Source of the DNA: an uncultured Acidimicrobiales bacterium
Lineage (GTDB): Bacteria > Actinomycetota > Acidimicrobiia > Acidimicrobiales > UBA10347
Assembly: GCA_943788915.1 (NCBI GenBank)
Contig: CALSSD010000003.1
Location: 446,663 to 510,662, forward strand
Direction of reading: 5' to 3'
DNA: 64,000 bases
Positions within the stretch are counted from its first letter, which is position 1; each line of letters opens with the position of its first letter. This document shows positions 50,301 through 59,464 of the stretch, piece after piece. The notes beneath the pieces are model-generated. The model saw only the letters and a program-made list of their open reading frames with translations. It was not told the DNA's origin and did not search any database. The position numbers were made by a program, and so were the translations under genes.

Positions 50301-50811
50301 CGAGTGGGCGATCGACACAACGAGTGATCGGCTCGTCGATGCCGTTGCCGATGGGCTGTTCAAGCTGATCGCCTACAAGGACGAGTACGAGGTTGCCCGG
50401 CTCATGGTTGAACCCGAAGGCCTGGCCGAGGCACAAGAACTCGTGGCCGAAGGTGGGACGATGAGCTATCGCCTGCACCCGCCAATGTTGCGGGCACTCG
50501 GCTTGGACAAGAAGATCTCCATCCCAGCTACCGCAGCGCCTGCACTAGGAGCGCTGGCCAAAGGCAAACGGCTACGGGGCAGCTTCCTCGATCCATTCCG
50601 GTGGGCCGAGGTCCGCAAGGTCGAACGCAAACTGGCCAACGAGTACATCGCCACCATCGATCGGGCGCTGGCCAAACTTTCTGCACAGAACTTCGACCGC
50701 GTCGTAGAACTAGCCGAAACACCAGATCTCGTTCGCGGCTACGAAGACATCAAGCTGGCCAACGTTGAGCACTACCGCATCCGCGTCGCCGAACTCTTGG
50801 CCGAGCTCTGA
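47314..50811 (+). CDS. Indolepyruvate ferredoxin oxidoreductase family, fused alpha-beta (IorAB-like)
   Basis: VSGYQGSPLGG, WYGKAPGVDR, FCSGCPHN, GDGTFFHSG (TPP), CEGCGDC...C, GIGGTGVVT, AYKDEYEVARL. Confidence 0.92.
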   Translation: MTATSHYQLNDRYQADEGTVFLTGIQALARLPLEQLRADRRAGLDTAAFVSGYQGSPLGGYGQAVEAAARIATDLPIVFRQGMNEEYGATAVMGSQLASAQPDARHDGVVGIWYGKAPGVDRAADALRHAVYAGTSMYGGAIALVGDDPNAKSSTVPSSSAGLLYDMHMPLLYPGDPAEALDLGRHAIAMSRATGLWSAVKIVADVADASASVDLSPDRVRPIIPLIDGQPYQHTPYGQLLTPMTVEIEREIVEVRYELARRYATDNHLNVVTVDPSDAWIGIVSSGITYREVRESLARLGLRNNHDVEAAGIRLLKMGMPMPFNPQTVRNFSRGLTELVVVEEKSPNIESLIKDALYAVADRPVIVGKTDETGARMLPLWGGLDADNIMPVLRARLAPRLEERLAPLPRERTMIPLAVERSPFFCSGCPHNRSTEVPDGAVVGAGIGCHTMTLLMDPERVGDIAGLTCMGNEGTQWIGMSDFVETNHIFQNLGDGTFFHSGQLAIQAAIASGVNITYKLLWNGTVAMTGGQDPEGQLPLQSVIDMLLAQGVARVLVTTDDVDRDRGDLAKGVDVWDRTRLIEAQELLATTPGVTVLIHDQACAAEARRDRKRGLIETPPERVFINHRICEGCGDCGQISNCLSVQPIETPFGRKTHIDQTTCNLDYSCIEGDCPSFMTVTTDEPGWLQRFLARRSKPSAAATNLSATAAAPPTHFPTPQPLVPVNSFSLRITGIGGTGVVTVAQVLGTAAMLAGYEVRGLDQIGLSQKAGPVVSDLRLSLDTPSYTNRLGDRQADLLLAFDQLVAASEKGLSACDSDRTVVIGSTSGTPTGAMITHPDIAMPTPATLAATIRNHTTEHHFWADAQSTTEDLLGSAMAANIFVIGMAVQSGGLPIGADFIEQAIELNGVAVAANTAAFRFGRLQVSDPSQVNNARVATEGLPLPIPPTTFATELDSLGAQAERRDHLAMLATELEAWGDRTDATRWFQVLDRVRRSEWAIDTTSDRLVDAVADGLFKLIAYKDEYEVARLMVEPEGLAEAQELVAEGGTMSYRLHPPMLRALGLDKKISIPATAAPALGALAKGKRLRGSFLDPFRWAEVRKVERKLANEYIATIDRALAKLSAQNFDRVVELAETPDLVRGYEDIKLANVEHYRIRVAELLAEL

Positions 50812-50859
50812 CCATATGGGACAGGTAGCTGAGAGCAAGCTGGACGGTCCCTTCGTTGG

Positions 50860-51897
50860 TTAGACACCCAAGATCGCGGCGGCGCGTTCTGCGCGGGATT
50901 CGACACCTTGTTTGTATTCGTCGAGGTCGAGCTCTTCGTCTTGTTCGCCTTGTTGACCGTTGAGGTAACGGGCGTAGACACCTTCGGAGATACATGCCAG
51001 GCGCCACGAGGCCCAGCCTCGGTAGTAGTCGACCTGTTCGAGCGACACACCCATCTGGTCGGCGTAGAGCCCGGCCATTTCCTGCTGGCTAAGCCAACCG
51101 GGTGCAGCGGTAATCTCGGCGTCGCCCTTTTCTTCTTCGACGTTCTCGGGGTCATGCCAGTAACCGAGCAGGCCAGCCAGGTCAGCCATCGGGTCACCCA
51201 AAGTGCACAGCTCCCAGTCGAGCACGCCAGCTACCGGACCGGCAGGGTCCATCATGCAGTTGGACAGGCGGTAGTCGCCGTGGGCGATCGTGGTCGGTGC
51301 GTCGGTCGGGATGTTCGCCCGCAGGTAATCGGCCACCCGATCGATCACCGGGAGTTCCCGAGTCTTCGATTGTTCCCACTGGCCAGACCATCGTTTGATC
51401 TGGCGTTCGATGTAGCCGGTGCGTTTGGCCAGGTTACCTAAACCGACCTCGTCGATGTCGACGCGGTGCAACGTGCACAACGTGTTGATCAGTTCGTGGC
51501 ACATACGAGTGCGGATCTCGACGGGGATCGTCGCACCGATCTCAGCGTCGCGGACCACCACCCCATCCAGGTAATGCATCACGTAGAAGTCGCGCTCGTT
51601 CACGGCCTCGTCTTGGCATAGGCCAACCAAGCGAGGCACCGGCACATCGCTGTCCTGAAGCGCATGCATGAGCCGATGCTCACGAGCGACGTCGTGTGCA
51701 CTCGGCAGCAGCGGCCCCATAGGAGGGCGGCGCAGCACAAACTTTCGGTCGGCCGCGTCGGTCACCGTGAACGTCATGTTCGAGCGGCCACCAGCGATCA
51801 GCCCGAAGTCCAACGGACCGGTGATCTCGGTGTGTTCCTCGAACCATCGAGTCACATTCTCGCGATTGATACCGACGGGGGTGTTCTGCTCACTCAC
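50860..51897 (-). CDS. Phosphotransferase family protein (ACAD10/11 N-terminal-like APH)
   Basis: GGRSN.T, VLRRPP.G.LLPSAHDVARE, HGDYRL.N, LDWEL.TLGDP.AD. Confidence 0.9.
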   Translation of the reverse strand: MSEQNTPVGINRENVTRWFEEHTEITGPLDFGLIAGGRSNMTFTVTDAADRKFVLRRPPMGPLLPSAHDVAREHRLMHALQDSDVPVPRLVGLCQDEAVNERDFYVMHYLDGVVVRDAEIGATIPVEIRTRMCHELINTLCTLHRVDIDEVGLGNLAKRTGYIERQIKRWSGQWEQSKTRELPVIDRVADYLRANIPTDAPTTIAHGDYRLSNCMMDPAGPVAGVLDWELCTLGDPMADLAGLLGYWHDPENVEEEKGDAEITAAPGWLSQQEMAGLYADQMGVSLEQVDYYRGWASWRLACISEGVYARYLNGQQGEQDEELDLDEYKQGVESRAERAAAILGV

Positions 51898-51977
51898 GCC
51901 GCCATTGTGGCACCACCTAACAGCACGCCCGAAACTCGATTCCCCATAGATCGATGTCGCGTCGCGACCGACGACGT

Positions 51978-52008
51978 GAAACAGTCGGTGTCAGACACCG
52001 ATTATTTC
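51978..52008. repeat. REP-like palindrome with GGTGTC-A-GACACC core
   Basis: GAAACAGTCGGTGTC-A-GACACCGATTATTTC; 15-nt arms with two G-T mismatches. Confidence 0.55.
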
Positions 52009-52025
52009 GCTACGAAAGGGAAACC

Positions 52026-52847
52026 ATGAACAAGCGAACACACGCCGAACGACGAGTATCGGCACTTGAGGTTCTCGATGGCTTCATGGCCGGGGCGTAC
52101 GACGCCGAGAGATCGGCCTTGGCAATGCAACGGCGGCAGGGGGCGCTCGGCAGTTTCGCTATCGATATCGTGATGGGAGACGTCTGGTCCCGACCCCAGT
52201 TCTCACGCCGCGACCGCAGCCTGATCGTTATCAGCGTGCTCGCCGCAATCGGGAGCGACGACGAGCTTTCGTTACATACCCAGGTTGGCCTCAACCACGG
52301 CCTGACTCGCACCGAGATCGAAGAAATTCTGCTCCACGTCGCGGCCTATGCCGGCTTCCCTATGGCTATGAAGGCGAGCCGGGTCATCGATGACCGGTTC
52401 TGCCAGATCGACCAGGTCGACCGTCTGCCTGAGCGCTCACCGAGCGCGTTCCGTGACGATCACGAGCGACGAGCTGCTGCGTGCGACGTTCGCCGCACCC
52501 TGACCGGTGGGCGATCGAACCCGGACCCTGATGAGGATTTTGCAGCGTTCATTGACCGGCTCGGCGAGGTTGGCCGGGTTGCCTACGAGTGGGCGTTCGG
52601 CGATGTGTGGTCGAGAGATGAGCTGAGTCGCCGCGATCGCAGCGTCATCGTAATCGCCATCCTGACGGCCCTCTCTCGTGTCGAGGAGCTGGCGTTCCAC
52701 GTACCCGCCGGCTTGAATCATGGCCTGAGCCGAACCGAAATCGAAGAGATTATGGTCCAGATGACCATCTACGGCGGTGTCCCTCGTGCCATCGAAGGCA
52801 CGCTCGCCATGCAAGAGGCATTCGCCAAGATCGATGCCCGGGGGTAG
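52026..52847 (+). CDS. Carboxymuconolactone decarboxylase (CMD/AhpD) family, internally duplicated
   Basis: Two repeats of GDVWSR..(F/L)SRRDRS......L....EL..H...GLNHGL.R.EIEEI....Y.G.P. Confidence 0.9.
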   Translation: MNKRTHAERRVSALEVLDGFMAGAYDAERSALAMQRRQGALGSFAIDIVMGDVWSRPQFSRRDRSLIVISVLAAIGSDDELSLHTQVGLNHGLTRTEIEEILLHVAAYAGFPMAMKASRVIDDRFCQIDQVDRLPERSPSAFRDDHERRAAACDVRRTLTGGRSNPDPDEDFAAFIDRLGEVGRVAYEWAFGDVWSRDELSRRDRSVIVIAILTALSRVEELAFHVPAGLNHGLSRTEIEEIMVQMTIYGGVPRAIEGTLAMQEAFAKIDARG

Positions 52848-52896
52848 CCCGGGTAGTTGGCCTTTCAGCTCGTTCCTCGCCGAAACGCTGTCCGAG

Positions 52897-54320
52897 CTAC
52901 GACCTCGCCGATCCTGACACGTGCTCGTTCACGCTGTCCTTCGTGCGTGGGTAGAAGCCGTTGATCACCACAGCTGGGATCGCAGCGAAGAGTGCGAAGA
53001 CGAAGAAGAAGCGATCGAAACGATCAAACGTAATCGTGTCCGCATCACCAAGGATGGCAACCGCTACAGCCACGCCCATTCCTGATGCGAGATTACGGAC
53101 GGTGTTGAAGCCAGCGTTGACCTCTCCGTACATGGCCTCGGGTTGGCCATCGAGTGCTGCGGTGTTGAGTGACGAGAACGTCAACCCGAATCCGGTGCCG
53201 AACAAGATGATTCCTGGTAGGAAACCCGTCAGGTAGTTCGGTTCAGCGCCCCATCGCAGCGCCATCGTCAACATTGCAGCGATCGGGAAAAGCGTGCCAA
53301 AGGCAATGAGCGGTCGGCGGCCGAACCGATCCGCAAGGTAACCAGAGAGCAGCCCGAAGCTCGATGCGCAAATCGGTGCTGGTGTGATTGCGAGACCTGC
53401 CTGCACCAGCGAGTAGTCCCACACCTCGGTCAGGAAGAGCGGCCACACCACCCACGTCGATGCGCCGAGCATCGAAAAGAACAGGCCGGCGACGGTCACC
53501 GTCCACACCGGTCGAGCCGAGAAGACCCGCAGGTCGAGCAGGGGTGCAGGATGACGTAGCGAACGCGCCACGAACAGCGGCAGCAAGCAGACGACGCCAA
53601 CCAAGTGCGGCAACGATCGCGACATGGCCCCAACCCAGCCCAGGGGCCTGCACGATGACGAAGGCCACCAGCCCGATCGCGATCGTGCCCATGGGAAACC
53701 CGACGAGGTCGAGCTTCTTCCCGTCCACGAATGGGCTCGGACTCCGAGAGCAACGTGCGTCCCCCGACCAACACCACAGCCGCCACCGGCACGGCGAGCA
53801 GATAGATATAGCGCCAGCCGAAGTTCTCAACGATCAACGCGGACAGGCTTGGTGCGATTGCCGCACCAACCGTGCCGCTTGCTGTCCATGCTGCAACAGC
53901 AGATGTCCGTCGCCCGGCGGGAAAACCTGGCAGCACCAGTGCTAACGACGTAGGCACGGTCAACGAACCTCCAACGCCCTGCAGGATGCGTCCAGCAACA
54001 AACACGTTTGCTGTTGGCGCCACCAGACAAATGAGCGAAGCAGCCAAGAACAGCCACACGCCAGCGAAAAACATCCGCTTGCGTCCGCGCCGGTCCGACA
54101 AACGACCTGCTGGCACCATAAACGTCGCGAGTGCGATCGAGTAGCCAGACAACGCCCACGACAGGGTTGCCCGGCTAGTGCCCGAGAACTCGTCGGTGAT
54201 CGCCGGAAACGCGATGTTCGTGCCCGTGAGCGTGATGCTGATGACGGTGTAGGTCAGCGCCGCAAGCCCAAGCGCAAGCCAACTGCTCCGCGGGACGGCT
54301 TCGAGCTTCTGGCCCTTCAA
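52897..54320 (-). pseudogene. MFS transporter (DHA2-type) broken by two frameshifts near 53735 and 53603
   Basis: GRLSDRRGRK and GWRYIY in the N-terminal frame, KKLDLVG...LGWG in a second frame, HPAPLLDLRVF and LADRFGRR in a third. Confidence 0.8.
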
Positions 54321-54457
54321 CGGTGGCGGGTCGCGCCGCGGCCCAGGCGAGGAGTCATCCGCGGACCTTAGCCACAGGACCCGACGCCGATGTAGCCCAC
54401 GACAGTGCTGCCCAGACCAGACTTAGGTTTCTACCACCGTCCCACGCACCCGGCCGG

Positions 54458-56593
54458 TCAAGATATCGGCAGCACCACCTCGAACGAGGCGACGATCTCG
54501 TCGACGGCCGCCCAGTCACGATCGTCGACCACAACGATCTCAACCAGGACCAAAAACGCTCCATCGGCTGGCGCGGCCACGATGACGAAGAAGTCGCTGC
54601 CTACCACCCCGCAGTTTTCCCACAGGTCGGTATAACCGATATACAGGCCGTCGTCATAGGGCGATCGATCGACGTAGGTGCAGGATTCCCCGAATTGATT
54701 ATCGTCGAGCATCTCAGTCGTCGACGCATACGGCAGTTCAGCGGATGCACCCATAAACACGCCAGGGGTCGCCCACGCATCACTCCACGCGTCGTTGTCG
54801 GGTGACACCGTCAAAGCTGGGCCGATCACGTCACCGTCGTCGTTGAAGTCCCACAGTCGACCATCGATATCGGACCACTCGGCTGGAACACTGACGATGA
54901 TGGCATCGGTCTCGTCGGTCACCGACACATATTCGGAATAGGCACGTGATCCATCGGCGCCTCCTCCGGCGGTTCCTTCGAGTACAACCTCATAGCTGAC
55001 GATCACCTCGTCGGCAGCTGACCAGTCTCGCTCGTCAACAATCACGATCTCGACCAGGATGAAGAACTCCCGGCTGGACGGTTCCGCTCCAATGACCAAG
55101 AAACTGCTTCCTTCGGGTCCGCAGTTCTCCCACACATCGAGCTCGCCGATATAGAGCCCATCGTCATACGGCTGACGCTCGACATAGTCGCAGGTGCCGC
55201 TGAACTCTTTGTCGTCGAGTAGCTCACCGACCGAGGCGTAAGGGAGCTGATCCGATACCCCAATGAACACGCCGGGAGTGCCCCAGCCATCACGCCATGC
55301 AGTCACATCCGACGCCGCTAGGAACGATGGACCGATCGCGACGCCGTCGGTGGTCCACGCTCCGCCATCGGTGTCGGCCCACTCCGTCGGAATCCTCAGT
55401 ACGATGCGATCGGAATCGTCGGTGATTTGCAGGTAGTCGTCGTAGTCGGGGGCATCTTCGTCGGCAAAGTTCCCGGAACCCGCAGAAGTGACCTCGAGTG
55501 GCTCTCCATTGAGCCGGCCTTCGAGCAATTCGTCCGTCGACGGGCGGTACACCTCGATGGCGATCGGATCGTTGACTTGGCGACTGCGCAAAACATCGCA
55601 ATAGTCCGACATGGTGCCATCGGCCGCCATCGGCAGGCTCTCGGCCTGCGTGATGAGGTCACCAGCCTCGAGACCGACAAGGTCGGCAGGTGACCCGGAC
55701 GCCACCGAGTACACCCAGATGCCCGTGACACCGTCACCGGACACCGCTTCGCCGTTGATTCCTACCGAATCGACGTCGATGCCGTTGCGGAGCTGGTCGA
55801 TGACTGGCCGGGCGACCTCTCGCCCGATGGCGAAGGATTGACCAACATCGTTGCCGGCATAATTCACGGCAACGACCCGACCCTGATCAGAAACGATAGG
55901 GCCGCCACTGTTGCCGGGCAGTGTGTCGGCACTGTGTTCAATCACCGCGTCAACCGAGGCCCACGATGACTCGCCATCGGCGTTTTCCTTGGACACGATG
56001 CCGTCGAGGAGCGTGTATTCGGCATCACCCAGCGGGAAACCAGCAGCGAAGATCGACATGCCCGCAGCGATTGGGCCGTCATGCCACTCGAGATAGTCGA
56101 AGCCATCACCTTCGATATCGATCACGGCAAGGTCCGAGCACTCTGAGACGCCAAGCAGGCGAGCGTTCCGGGGCTCTTGCTCACCATCGATGAGGACTTC
56201 GAGGACCGCCGCGCCGGTGACCACGTGATTGTTGGTCACGACTAGACCCGACTCATCAATGATGAATCCCGTGCCGCTGCCCACCACGTTCGACTGCAAC
56301 CCGGCTGCTGGGTCGATGAACGTTCCGGTCGCGTTGATCTGCACAACCGCGGCACGAACCCCGTCGACGGAGCTCACTGCCCCACTTGGTACCGGTGTCG
56401 GCTCAGCCGCGGGGACCGGAGTCAGAATCGGAGCGGACGTGGCGTCGGGTTGTCCGACCACCGTTGGTATCGCAGCGGGAGTGACCGTCTCCGGATCAGC
56501 GCCGAGTGTGGTGCTGGCACCACAGGCCGAGGCGAAGACGATCACTGCGAGTACGACCGCCAGGAAACTACGAGACATCACATTCCTTTTCAT
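54458..56593 (-). CDS. Lipoprotein trypsin-like serine protease (S1C) with PDZ domain and two C-terminal repeats
   Basis: Lipobox FASAC; GSGTGF, TNNHVV, SDLAV, PGNSGGP; PDZ GSPADLVGL..GD; duplicated P.EW.D.DG...PYDDGLYIG domain. Confidence 0.88.
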   Translation of the reverse strand: MKRNVMSRSFLAVVLAVIVFASACGASTTLGADPETVTPAAIPTVVGQPDATSAPILTPVPAAEPTPVPSGAVSSVDGVRAAVVQINATGTFIDPAAGLQSNVVGSGTGFIIDESGLVVTNNHVVTGAAVLEVLIDGEQEPRNARLLGVSECSDLAVIDIEGDGFDYLEWHDGPIAAGMSIFAAGFPLGDAEYTLLDGIVSKENADGESSWASVDAVIEHSADTLPGNSGGPIVSDQGRVVAVNYAGNDVGQSFAIGREVARPVIDQLRNGIDVDSVGINGEAVSGDGVTGIWVYSVASGSPADLVGLEAGDLITQAESLPMAADGTMSDYCDVLRSRQVNDPIAIEVYRPSTDELLEGRLNGEPLEVTSAGSGNFADEDAPDYDDYLQITDDSDRIVLRIPTEWADTDGGAWTTDGVAIGPSFLAASDVTAWRDGWGTPGVFIGVSDQLPYASVGELLDDKEFSGTCDYVERQPYDDGLYIGELDVWENCGPEGSSFLVIGAEPSSREFFILVEIVIVDERDWSAADEVIVSYEVVLEGTAGGGADGSRAYSEYVSVTDETDAIIVSVPAEWSDIDGRLWDFNDDGDVIGPALTVSPDNDAWSDAWATPGVFMGASAELPYASTTEMLDDNQFGESCTYVDRSPYDDGLYIGYTDLWENCGVVGSDFFVIVAAPADGAFLVLVEIVVVDDRDWAAVDEIVASFEVVLPIS

Positions 56594-56714
56594 GGCGCGA
56601 CCAACCTCGTCCGCGCCTTCGGAACTTACAGCAGACTTGGTGGAGTTGTTAACACTTGGGTCTCAACACTTCAATTACCGATGGCGAGCAGCACGTCGCG
56701 CAAAGGTACAAAGT

Positions 56715-56752
56715 GCACAAAGAGTTCACAGAGCACAAAGAGTTCACAGAGC
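56715..56752. repeat. 18-bp tandem duplication
   Basis: GCACAAAGAGTTCACAGA twice. Confidence 0.7.
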
Positions 56753-57018
56753 GACCGAAACCGTCAGCAGCGGCACAGGGGGGTAGCCCAGATACCTCGG
56801 TGGGCTACACGCACGAACCGTTGCATCCACCTGTCCATATCCTCGACCGAGTCGATGTCCCAGCCGCCGCTGGCCATCTCGGCATCGCTCAGGATCGGGA
56901 ACGCTGCGGTGAACCCGTCGGATTCCAGCAGCTCACGATGCCGGGTCCCACCGGGAGTCAGGTTGTTGGCACCTGGCTTGTTGTCAGAGCGTCAACAATT
57001 GGCCTATCAGAGCGTCAA

Positions 57019-58521
57019 CTACTGAGAACGACGGCCGGACTCGACATCATTGAGGTCGAGGTGGTTGCGCATGTACTGGCCGCTTGCGTCGGTCGTTGGT
57101 TGGAAGTCCCACGCCGAGTACTGGCCCTTGCGAAGAGCATGGTCGACCACCCGTCGATTCGCTTGGCTATCGAGCACGTCGACCAGGATCTGGGACATGT
57201 TCCATCGGTCCATGACTTCAGACTGGAAGCTCGCTGCGTCGGCTAGATACTCGGGCGAGTCAACCACATTGTTCAGCTCCTGCGGATCGACGTTCAGGTC
57301 ATAGAGCTGGTCACCGTCGGGCTGACTGAAGATGTATTTGAGATTGCCTCTGCGGAGCATGAAGATCGGCGCCACCGCTCCCTCACCGAGGTACTCGCCC
57401 TCTACCGTCCGCAACATGTCTTCGAATCCACCCAGCTGCGGGACCAAACTGTGACCGTCCATTGCGTTAGGCACCTCGAGCCCTGCAAGGTCTAAGAGCG
57501 TCGGTGCAATGTCAAGCAGGCTCGACAGCGTTGCGACGCGAGATGCACCAAAACGGGTCGGTGAGTGCACAATGAGCGGCACCCGAGCGCTGTGCTCGAA
57601 GAAGTTCATCTTGTACCAGAGACCACGCTCACCGAGCATGTCACCATGATCTGCGGTGAACACGATGATCGTGTCGTCGGCCAGGCCGTGGTGTTCGAGC
57701 GTGTCCAGAATCTGACCGACCCAGTGATCGACGTAGGAGCAGTTGGCGAGATAGGCGCGGCGGGCGGCCAGGATCTGTTCGTCGGTGACCTCGGTAGTGT
57801 CGGCGCAGATGACCTTGCGCAGCCGAGCACTGTGCGGATCGAGATCCTCGTCAGCGATCGGACCGACCGTCGGCAGGGGAATCTCAACGTCCTCGTACTT
57901 GTCCCAGAACTCCTGTCGAGCCACATAAGGATCGTGTGGATGGGTGAACGATGCCGTGACCATGAACGGGCGCTTGTCGATGGTGCGTGCCAGGTCACGA
58001 AGCTTGCGAATCGTGCGGAAGCCAACCTCGTCGTCGTAGTCGAGTTGGTTGGTGGCGTCGGCGACGCCGGCATGGGTCACGCTGTCGAGGTTGTGAAACC
58101 ACCAGTCGAAACGGCCATCGGGATCAAGCCAGTTCGGGGTCCAGCCGAAGTCCGCCGGATAGATATCGGTCGTCAACCGTTCTTCGTAGCCGTGCAGCTG
58201 GTCGGGGCCAACGAAGTGCATTTTGCCCACGAGTGATGTCTGATATCCCGCAGAGCGCAGATGATGAGCGAACGTCGGCACGGTCGATGAGAGTTCCGAT
58301 GCGTTGTCGTACGCGCCGATCTTGTGATTCTGCTGGCCAGCCATCATCGCGAACCGGGCCGGCGCACACAGTGGCGAATTACTGTAGGTCGACTCGAAGA
58401 CAACTCCCTCGGCTGCCAGCCGGTCGATCGCGGGGGCAATCGCCGGCCCGCCCCACGGCGCCATGAACGGCGCCGCCATCTGATCCGCCATGATCAGCAC
58501 GATGTTCGGTTGCGTCGTCAT
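57019..58521 (-). CDS. betC: Choline sulfatase
   Basis: PNIVLIMADQ, SPLCAPAR (CxPxR), GKMHFVGPDQLHG.EERLTTDIYPADFGW, THPHDPY, YMRNH.DL. Confidence 0.93.
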   Translation of the reverse strand: MTTQPNIVLIMADQMAAPFMAPWGGPAIAPAIDRLAAEGVVFESTYSNSPLCAPARFAMMAGQQNHKIGAYDNASELSSTVPTFAHHLRSAGYQTSLVGKMHFVGPDQLHGYEERLTTDIYPADFGWTPNWLDPDGRFDWWFHNLDSVTHAGVADATNQLDYDDEVGFRTIRKLRDLARTIDKRPFMVTASFTHPHDPYVARQEFWDKYEDVEIPLPTVGPIADEDLDPHSARLRKVICADTTEVTDEQILAARRAYLANCSYVDHWVGQILDTLEHHGLADDTIIVFTADHGDMLGERGLWYKMNFFEHSARVPLIVHSPTRFGASRVATLSSLLDIAPTLLDLAGLEVPNAMDGHSLVPQLGGFEDMLRTVEGEYLGEGAVAPIFMLRRGNLKYIFSQPDGDQLYDLNVDPQELNNVVDSPEYLADAASFQSEVMDRWNMSQILVDVLDSQANRRVVDHALRKGQYSAWDFQPTTDASGQYMRNHLDLNDVESGRRSQ

Positions 58522-58608
58522 AGCGCCAACTATGCCCAGATTTTTGCCCGTCGGGCACGCCTTCCCCGCCAGGGAACGGGGGTTCGCGAAACCTCCGCTG
58601 ACAGCCTG

Positions 58609-58633
58609 ATGCATGCATGTATAATGCATGCAT
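58609..58633 (+). promoter_or_regulatory. TA promoter/operator: TATAAT flanked by two ATGCATGCAT palindromes; probably leaderless
   Basis: ATGCATGCAT-GTATA-ATGCATGCAT; TATAAT at 58620-58625, ATG at 58632, no RBS. Confidence 0.6.
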
Positions 58634-58862
58634 GCCCAACGTTCAGATCCGAGAAGTGCCCGACGACGTTCACAACGAGCTTGTTCGACGAGCCGAACGC
58701 GCTGGCCAGTCGCTACAACAGTACCTATCAGCACAGTTGGCCTCGATCACCGCCACCCCGACGCTCGACGACGTACTCGAGCGAATTGAAAAGCGATCGA
58801 AGGGTCAGCTGTCGAAGGCTGACGCTGTCTCCGCTCTTGAGGACGAACGTGCTCGTCGTTGA
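58632..58862 (+). CDS. vapB: FitA/VapB-like ribbon-helix-helix antitoxin
   Basis: MPNVQIREVPDDVH..L..RA..AGQSLQQYL; overlaps the PIN gene. Confidence 0.85.
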   Translation: MPNVQIREVPDDVHNELVRRAERAGQSLQQYLSAQLASITATPTLDDVLERIEKRSKGQLSKADAVSALEDERARR

Positions 58863-59238
58863 CGCTTCGGTGATCGCCCCGGCCATCGCCGATGGCGGCC
58901 CCGACGGGGACGCGTGTCGGATGCGAATCAAAGGTCAATCGCTTGCTGCGCCCGATTTGCTCCGGCTGGAAGCGATGTCAGTGTTTCGCCGACAGCTGGC
59001 GAATGGCTCCTTGACGTCACAACAGGCAGACAACGCCCTGCAGGACTTACTGGACCTACCACTCGTTGTCTACCCCACGGCACCGCTACAGCGCCGCGGC
59101 TGGGAGCTACGCGACAACGTGACCGCCTATGACTCGTGCTACGTCGCTCTCGCCGAAGCCTTGGGCTGCCCACTGGTTACTGCCGACCAACGCCTCACCA
59201 ATGCTCCAGGTACGCGCTGTCAGTTCGATGTCGTCTAG
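58849..59238 (+). CDS. vapC: VapC PIN-domain toxin
   Basis: VVDASV, APDLL..E, NVTAYD.CYVALAE, LVTAD.RL. Confidence 0.9.
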   Translation: MLVVDASVIAPAIADGGPDGDACRMRIKGQSLAAPDLLRLEAMSVFRRQLANGSLTSQQADNALQDLLDLPLVVYPTAPLQRRGWELRDNVTAYDSCYVALAEALGCPLVTADQRLTNAPGTRCQFDVV

Positions 59239-59464
59239 CTAGAAACTTGCCACCCACGGTCGCTGCTGAGAACAACACCGGGTGATCGGGCCGCTCGTAA
59301 CGCCAGAGACGCAGCGCACGTGTTCGGATTGAGCTCGCGAGTATCAGCGGGCTCGAGGCCTCGAGCACATGGTCACTAGCTCTCAACCAACCGACCGACC
59401 CTGTCGGAAACTCGCTAGTGGAAGCCAGGATGTCTGGGATCACACCGTTGGTGAGTGAACCCCA

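Noticed and set aside
56764..57019. Short minus-strand frame (…LLESDGFTAAFPILSDAE…) and a 13-bp direct repeat TCAGAGCGTCAAC
   Set aside because: It may be a dioxygenase N-terminal remnant, but it has no start codon and is too short to support a call.
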